Source of the DNA: the human T2T-CHM13v2.0 reference genome, Homo sapiens | Assembly (NCBI RefSeq): GCF_009914755.1 | Contig: NC_060937.1 | Strand: one strand, 5' to 3' | DNA length: 64,000 bases | In this document: in pieces, positions 56,420 through 64,000 of the stretch | How the letters are laid out: every line of letters begins with the position of its first letter | How positions within the stretch are numbered: position 1 is the first letter of the stretch | Notes under the pieces: generated by a model | Seen by the model: the letters and a program-made list of their open reading frames with translations, nothing else | The model's database searches: none | What the model was told of the DNA's origin: nothing | Program-made: the position numbers and the translations under genes

Positions 56420-56818
56420 CAAAGATATCAGGCCCTGTGAATGCTACCTTTTGGGGCATATTTTTGCAAACATAACTAAATTAAGGATCTTAAGATGAGG
56501 TGGTTAGCCTGAATTATTAAGGTGAGTTCTATCTGCCATCACATGCTATTACAGAAAGGCAGAGGGAGATTTGACAAATACACATGGAAAGTGCAATATA
56601 AAGATGGAGGTGGAGACTGGAGTGATGTGGCTACAAGCTAAGGAATGCCTGCAGCCACCCGGGCTAGAAGAGGCAAGAAACTAGAAAGTGGGGAGTGTGG
56701 CCCTGCCGACACCGTGACTTGGTCTTTTGGGCTCCAGAACTATGTGAGAATAAATTTCTGTTGCTTTAAGCCACCAAGTTTGTGGTAATTTTTTACAGCA
56801 ACCACAGGAAACAAATGG
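56420..56818 (+). mobile_element. MLT1C LTR
   Basis: 'ggagtgtggccctgccgacacc...ctccagaactatgtgagaataaatttctgttgctttaagccacc'. Confidence 0.9.
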
Positions 56819-56819
56819 A

Positions 56820-57195
56820 GATTTTACTGTAGTGGTCATTGAAATATCAGATACCAGTAGCTCACTTTCCCAGTCTCCCTTGCAGTGAGGGCATAAGCAC
56901 GTGCTGGTCAGATGCACCCTGGAATTTGAGTCAGGTATTTCTCATACAAAACTCTGGGGCTGTAGAAAATCCTCTCTATAGCAGCAATGTTGATTACAAT
57001 AAGGTAGATCTTCTGGAACAGCAGTGCCAGATCAGTGCTGCAGGAGAACTTCTGGCTGCACAGCCTTCATCTAAGCCTGGTTCACATGACCACCCAGTAA
57101 TTCTGTAGGCTACTAATGTCCTTTCGATATGTCACTTCTCTGTTTATACTGAATTAACTTAGTTTCTATTATTTAACTAAAACCCAACTAATACA
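56820..57195 (+). mobile_element. LTR33-like ERVL LTR
   Basis: 'tttcccagtctcccttgcag...tcagatgcacc', end 'aactaaaacccaactaataca'. Confidence 0.7.
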
Positions 57196-58369
57196 TTAAT
57201 GGCCTCGCCATTACTGTGGTTAATTTCCGAAAACTTTGCCTGTTTCCCCTACCTCTCACTTTCTCGAAATATAGATGTAGGCATAGATGTAAATATATAG
57301 GCATAGATATAGGTATACACACACATACAAATTTGATTCTCCCTCCTTTGAAAAGGAGATCTGAAAGGCATACCAAATATGTTTTTGTGAGTAAATGCAT
57401 TCAAGTCTCCCTGCATCCCCCTTCACACCCATCTTTGCCTTCCTCTCTGTTTTTATTTTTACTTTTTCTGGGAAGCCTTCATGCACTTCATGCTGCCTTC
57501 GCATCCTACTGGTAGCATATTGCAGTACTTATCACACAGTATCTGTTCAATAGATGGTTGATTATATTAAGCAATATTCTGAATAGTAAAATTGATTAAC
57601 TCAAGCCTTGCTGACAGCTGCTTTAAATCATATCATGAACTAAAGTGATTCGATTTACCTCAAAACCACCTCAGTTTGGGGTGTATTTGTTGCATCTGTT
57701 AAATTAATCATGAAAGGCTTTCAGTGAAAATCTTCATTCCATGCTATATTCTGTTTGCCTGTTTCCTTTAAGGCTTACATTGAAGTAAAGCTGTATTGAA
57801 GTGCTTTAAAAATATAATTTCATGAGTAATATGTCTGAGACAGAATTTCTGAATCTATTTGCAAAGCTGCCATCAATCTGTCACCTCAAAATATTTTCCC
57901 TAGCTGTTCCCACATTTACCAATGTTATTGCCATAGAACTCACAAAGTGATTTTGTTGAATGAATGAATGTTAAGCACATGATGATGATGCTTATCAGAA
58001 GCCTGAAGATGCACTGGGAAGAGAGGAAAGCTGAAAGTATCAGTGTGAGGATGAGCAAGCCTCATGAAGCCCTCCAAATTGGGTCCTATTGAGACCACAA
58101 TATAAACAGAGATATGACAGAATTAAGGAGCTTGCAGGAAAATGGGATAGATAAAACATTGAGTGGTTCAGAAATAAAGAAAGAAGCCAGGCTTCTGTCC
58201 AAAATGGGGTAGATAGCAAGAATGGAAATGGCAATTTTTACTAGTCACTTTTCTAACTATTTTATTTCCCTCACTGAATTCGTTGTACTTGAGCTTTTGC
58301 AAAGAATTGAACAAGGAAATACCAAACAGAAAAAATGGCTTATGGTATAAAGTAGTTTTTTATTAGCCA

Positions 58370-60545
58370 TGTTAGTTAGATTTTTTTTTTTGTCAGAAGC
58401 AAAAGAGATCTACTCTGGTTTATTCAAGCACAAATGAAATTTATTAAAAAGACACACTGGATAGTTCACAGAGTAACAACAAAGCTGAAGAATGATGCTT
58501 GCAGCCTACTCAGCCACACAAGAAATGTCCCCAGATCACACATCTGAGCTTGTCACTAGCTCATGCAGCTTGTATTACCAATGTTCTTGGCCCTGAAAAT
58601 TAGCCATCAGCCAGTGAACACCATTATGAGTACTTCTGCCACTTCTCCTCTGAAAACTTTATTTACATCAGCTGTCACCTCCATCAAAGAGAGAATTCTC
58701 CATGACCTTTGCCTCTCTGCATCCTCAGTGCCCAAATTAAAGTAAAGGGCAGGTATGTTAGATGTTCTTCAGCAACAAATAATGACAAATGACTACCACA
58801 GCTAAACACATGAATTAACAGGATATATTGGAAATTTATCTCAGCAACATATATTGTTAAAAATTAACTTATTTGTGAAATATAAAGCCAGAATCAGCCC
58901 TTTCCTCCTCCCTTGGGTATTCTGTCTTTCACTGAACACGGTCATTCTCTACAAGAGAGGCAACTGAAAGTCTCATTCAATTATGCCATCCATTTCAATG
59001 GCAATCCAGATCACTTGCTCATCTGTTGTCCTCTTCGTAAGGTCCAGATGTGACTTCTCCTGGGTTCAATGCTGTATATACTCATAGCTGTTTGCTCCCC
59101 ATCCAGCACAAATATGCAAACAGTATGCCGTGTTGGAGCAGAAAATGATAACCATGTGGAGACTCTCATTTAGAAAATGGAAGAATGAGAAACACACAGC
59201 ATTCATTAGTCCATAGCAATGACACATCCTGGAAAGCAAGAATCACAAGTACACTCTTCTCTGCCATAGAGTTGTCCCTGCTTAGAGAGTTATTCCCTCA
59301 TTTTTTTGTTCTACATGGTCTGTGACTTTTCTGTCTGACAGGTTCATCCTGGCCTACTATTCTCTAGTCCATATCTGAAATGGGTATTTAGAGGCCCTTC
59401 TTGGGGGATGAATAGTCAAGGACTCTTATAGGATAGGTCTATAGTTTCTTTGATAATATCATTCTCTTAGAAACTTAGGCTTCTGGGATGTTTGCTCCCA
59501 GTCAGTTTCATGTGCTGGCTCTTTTCTGGACATAATTCTTATACCTTATTTTTTTGATTCCTTGATTGATCTTGTACCTTGCTCCTTTTTTAATGGCAGC
59601 TATCTTGAGGCCATCTACAACAATGCAAGCATCTTAGCTTAATATTTTCCAAACAGACCTGTATCCCTTTGTTTGATTTAAAAGGAAGACTTTGGAAAAG
59701 GCTCCAGACAACAATTTATGTCTATAATAGATGTTTGCAGTGACTGCTGAGTCTCCATGTTTCTGGACAGTCCTTATTTCATTCCCTCTTTGCTTATAAA
59801 CTGCTGATTCTTCCAAAGCTTATAGATTTCTTATCTATTATCTCATCTATACCTGCTAAAGGCAATACACAACTACAAAATACACATTAACATTCTTACT
59901 TTTTCTAACTGCTTTTTATAAACCTCTATGCTTTTTTGGCACATGGTCTGCTCTTCATCTCACCATACAGCATGATTTTGTCAAATATGTCGATATTACA
60001 TCACAGGATTACTACCTTTTCCATCTGTTTTCTCAGCATTTGTTGACTGTCCACCAAGACAATGACATATTGTAGGCTTTTGTCAGGGTAGCACCCCGCT
60101 TCTGGTAGCAGTTCTTATGTTACGGCCAGGCTAGGCAGCAGTCGCAAAGAGCTTCCACAATACAGTAATTTAAATAGAAAAGAAGTTTATTTTTCTCTTA
60201 ATTAGCAGTCCCAGTATAAATGGTTATGCTGACTTTTGCTTTTTCATTTTTGAAATGCAAGTCCTTCTGAAATTTATTGCCATCTGCATGGCCAAGTCTG
60301 GGTCATTGCCTGCATTCAAATTTCGATGGGCAGGCAAGGGAAAGAAAATATCGAGAAGACGCCACTGTCTTACAGCTTAAATGTGGAGGTGGTACTTATC
60401 CCTTCTACAATGTAGTTATATGGTCAATTGAAGCTTCAAGAAAGGCTGTGGAAGGTAGCTGATTTGAGCATTCATGTGCACAGGTTGAAGAGAAGAACAG
60501 AATTTTGTGAATATGTAGTATTTATTGCTACAACAGGCTAGCAAA
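58370..60545 (-). mobile_element. Ancient MLT1 MaLR remnants including internal region (~58900-60115) and adjacent LTR-like segments
   Basis: 'aggtccagatgtgacttctc', 'gaaacacacagcattcattagtccatagcaat' and the int/LTR junction 'gcaccccgcttctggtagcagtt'. Confidence 0.6.
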
Positions 60546-60549
60546 TAAT

Positions 60550-62045
60550 TTGTGCTGAACAATTGGTTTTCCATATGGAAAAAATACAATTGCATTATTA
60601 CCAAACACAAAAATAAATCAATCCCAGGTATATTAAATACTTAAATATGAAAAGTAAAACTATAAAATTATTAGAAGACAATACATAAATATATTTTTCT
60701 AACTTTGGAGAAGAAAGGAATTATTTTAAAAGGTTCAAAATAAGAAGGATAGGCTGGGTGAGGTGGCTCACGCTTGTAATCCCAGCACTTTGGGAAGCCA
60801 AGGGGGGTGGATCACCTGAGGTCTGGTGTTCAAGACCAGCCTGGCCAACATGGTGAAACCCCATCTCTACTAAACATACCAAAAAATTTGCTGGGCGTGG
60901 TGGCGGGCACTTGTAATCCCAGCTACTCCTGAGGCTGAGGCAGGAGAATTGCTTGAACCCAGGAGGCAGAGGTTGCCATGAGCTGAGATCATGCCAGGCA
61001 CTCCAGTCTGGGTGACAAGAGCAAAACTCTGTCTCAAAAAATACAAATAAAAAGAAGGATAAATTGAACTACATTAAAATTAAGGATTGCTGTTTATCAA
61101 ATGACATTATCAAACATTTTAAAACGAGCCACAAACTAAAAGAAGATATTTGCCTCATGTATAATCAACAAAGGATTATTGTTTAAAATACATAGCAAAT
61201 TCTTATGAATAGTGAAATGAGTAAACATATTAGCAGGAATTTCACAGAAACACCAAAAGCTTTTACATATGAAAATATCCTCAATGTTTTGTATAATCAG
61301 GAGAGTAGAAATTTTAAAAAGCAGTTAGATACAAATTTGTATCCAACAGATTGGCAAAAACTAAAGTCTGACAAACCTAAGTTTTTATAAGTATTTAAAG
61401 ACAAAGGTTTCTTATATGCTGGTGGTACTAATATCAATTGAAGTAAATATTGGGAAACAGTTTAGTGTTGGCTCGTATGTTCAACAAATATGTGTGCTCT
61501 GGGTTAGACATTTCATTCCTAGGGCTATAAAATAAAGAAACTTTTGCCTATAAGGACAAGATCTAGTAAGTAGATAGTGACATTGTTTGTGACAGCAAAC
61601 TAGAAATATCCAAATATTCATCAATAGTAGAAGAAACACATTTTTATACTTATGTAATGGAAAATAACAAACTACAGCTACATATTATCATGCACGACCT
61701 TCAAAAACATAATATTAAACAAAATAAGTAATTTCAGAAGAAAACTACTGTATGTTCTATTTATATAAAACTCAGCAGTATATTATTGAAGGATAATTAA
61801 TTTAACTACCAAGGAGAACAACACAATGTTTAACTAAAATTTAAAATAGTAGTTGAATGGGGAGGGAGAGGGAAGGAATTCAGGAAGGCCACAAAAATAG
61901 CATCCAAAGTGCTACTTATTTTCTCTTTTTTGAGTTGGCCACAGATTACACAAATATTCATTTTACTGCTATTTTTAATATATACATATGAATTTATTCA
62001 CTCTTTGGAATGTGTCTTAAATTTTATAATTACAAAAATTAAAGG
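60550..62045 (+). mobile_element. Old L1M (L1ME-like) ORF2 3' half and 3' UTR, interrupted by an Alu
   Basis: 'aaagtaaaactataaaattattagaaga', 'gaagatatttgc', 'ccaacagattggcaaaaactaaagtctgacaa', 'tattcatcaatagtagaa'. Confidence 0.85.
60752..61051 (+). mobile_element. AluSq-like
   Basis: Full dimer with 'gacaagagcaaaactc'; TSD aagaaggata (60742-60751 / 61052-61061). Confidence 0.95.
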
Positions 62046-63019
62046 TTAACTAGGCAGTAGATGTGGTGGTCTGGCATTGGAAATAATGGCTATCAGCCAT
62101 GTGGAGCCCCTACATTTTTGCATCCCTTGTTGTGTATTTATAGATGCCTTCTTAGGGTTGAAATGTTGAGGACAGCTTCTCACATGACTTTCCCAACGTT
62201 TGGGAAGGTTTAACAGCTCTTTATTGAAGGAGTTGGGAGTGGGGGTAAGTGAGTGGTAAGTACTAATAGAGAGGATATGGGTTTTGCATTCCTAATCTAG
62301 TTACTAGTTTCCTTGCAGTACCATTACAGTGTTACTCTCTGGGCTTTTTGCGAAGAGTGTGGTGTGGATGATCTCCAGCTCTTCTTCCTGTCCTCTCCCC
62401 TGGGCCTTTCATTCCTTACTCTCTGCTTTCCTTATCTTGCCAAAGCACTCTTCCTTTAACATTTTCTCCCTCCTGTGTCCCTAGTATTTCCATCTCTGCA
62501 CTGCCCCCTAACCTTAACCAGAGTCTGATTCCAGCAATCTCTTCTGCATTTAACAAATTTGCCACCTAGTGTGTTAGATTTCATTTATGTTTCTCTTCCA
62601 TCCAATTACTGCAACTCCATACAGAGGTATGACTGGTTTCTGGCTGGATGTACCTTTCTGCTTTTGGGAAAAAAAATGGCAGAATATGTTTTAGTCCTGT
62701 GGAGGGTAACAAGCCTATGGGGCTGCAAGGGAAAGGCTTTCCCTCTGGGCTGCAGCTGTTCCTTTCCTACAGTATCCAAAGTCAAACATATCTCACTACA
62801 GTGCAGGTGGATTTCCTTCCAAAAACTTCATCTAGTGTGCATGAAAAATTCACATTCAGCCCATAGTGTAACTTCAACCTTTTTTTCTGCCTACCAATAT
62901 GGGATACTAGGGACTAATTACACTAAGAGAGGTTTGCCCCATCTTTGCTCTGAGCTGCATCATGAAGCACTATCCGTGAACTGACACTGGATGTTAAGAG
63001 GAAGGACAGCTAAGGGGTA

Positions 63020-63225
63020 GATGTACAGCTTTTAGAATCAGGTTGTCTGGGTGTGAATGCCAGCTTCCCTCTTTCCCAGCTGGCTATCCCAGCCAAGTGA
63101 TCTGACCGCCCTGCATCAACTTTCTCCATCACCTGGAAATAACAATACTTACCCCCACCAATTAAATGAATAGTCCATGTAAAGTACCTGGCATATGGCC
63201 AAGGTTCAATGTTGGTTATTACTAT
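63020..63225 (+). mobile_element. MIR
   Basis: 'gcttttagaatcagg...ctgggtgtgaatgccagct...atgtaaagtacctggcatat...ttggttattact'. Confidence 0.75.
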
Positions 63226-64000
63226 GTCATGTGCAAGCCACGTCTATCTAATTACAGGATTTTTCCTTGTGAACAATGAAGTGTGTGGGTGGTGGGAGGG
63301 CAGAGCCTGGCAAGGCAGAGAAAAGTTAAGCACTCCTTTTAGCATGGGGTGTTTTTATCTCAATTGATACGTACTTTAGAAATACAGCGCTCATTTCTCT
63401 GGAGGGACAGGGTGTTAGATGTATAAAAAGCACAGGAAGATGAGTAGTTTTAAAGTAGAAGTGTTTCTTGGATATAAATTGGACCACTTAAAAAGAAACA
63501 ATCAAATCTTTTACTTGCTTTTTAAAAATTTATGCCAGAAGCCATTTAAATCTGCCTGCTTTTAGAAACAGGCTTACAAATCTGTCTTCATTCTAAATTT
63601 TCCCCTGAAGAGCAACAAGGAAAATGTAAATAGTTAAGGGTTTCTTATTCCTTGTGTGTTTTTTTTTTTTTTTCCTGTCAAGAAGACAAGGCCAACACTT
63701 GTTAAATTTCAAATTGGATTTGGAACACAGATTTTGGAACTGTACCTTGGGTTCTGTCAGCTCTCAAAATTTCAAGAGACTACTGGGAGGTAAACATGAA
63801 TTAGATTAGGAGGGCACACCAGTGCTGCCAGACCTGCCCACAGCAGCAGACTTGATTTTGCCCTGCTTTGCCAACATTGGAGAGAAGAAGCTCACTGCTG
63901 CTCTAAGCAGAAATAGACAATAGCAGCTGACAGGAAGGCAAAAGTGTGTATAATGAAGGTGCGGTAGAATATGATGCTCCATTCTAGAAGTTCCAGGAAG

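Noticed and set aside
62559-62984. 141-aa ORF, the longest in apparently unique DNA
   Set aside because: Starts at TTG, no recognisable domain, composition typical of non-coding sequence.

Overview
Human genomic DNA (it carries a human-specific AluYb8), AT-rich and dominated by repeats. I can support no cellular protein-coding exon, RNA gene or CRISPR array; the ORF track is explained by L1, Alu and ERV remnants or by chance. The two large structures are a dead, near full-length L1PA8-10-like element on the minus strand (~17655-24143), directly abutting an AluSq, and a degenerate but complete class I (ERV1, MER4-group-like) provirus on the minus strand (~37645-50020; LTR-PBS-gag-pro-pol-env-PPT-LTR). 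The provirus hosts four younger insertions: an AluSc8/Y-like Alu, an AluYb8 and two 5'-inverted L1PAs. Most unusual points: (i) 739 bp of foreign DNA containing an ancient L1M piece, captured inside a much younger L1PA7 between ~127-bp direct repeats; (ii) an AluYb8 re-using the exact target site of an earlier L1; (iii) a hydrophobic 33-codon micro-ORF between ERV pol and env. I see no firm evidence for a wholly new biological system. Subfamily names come from recalled consensus sequences, and boundaries of old repeats are approximate.
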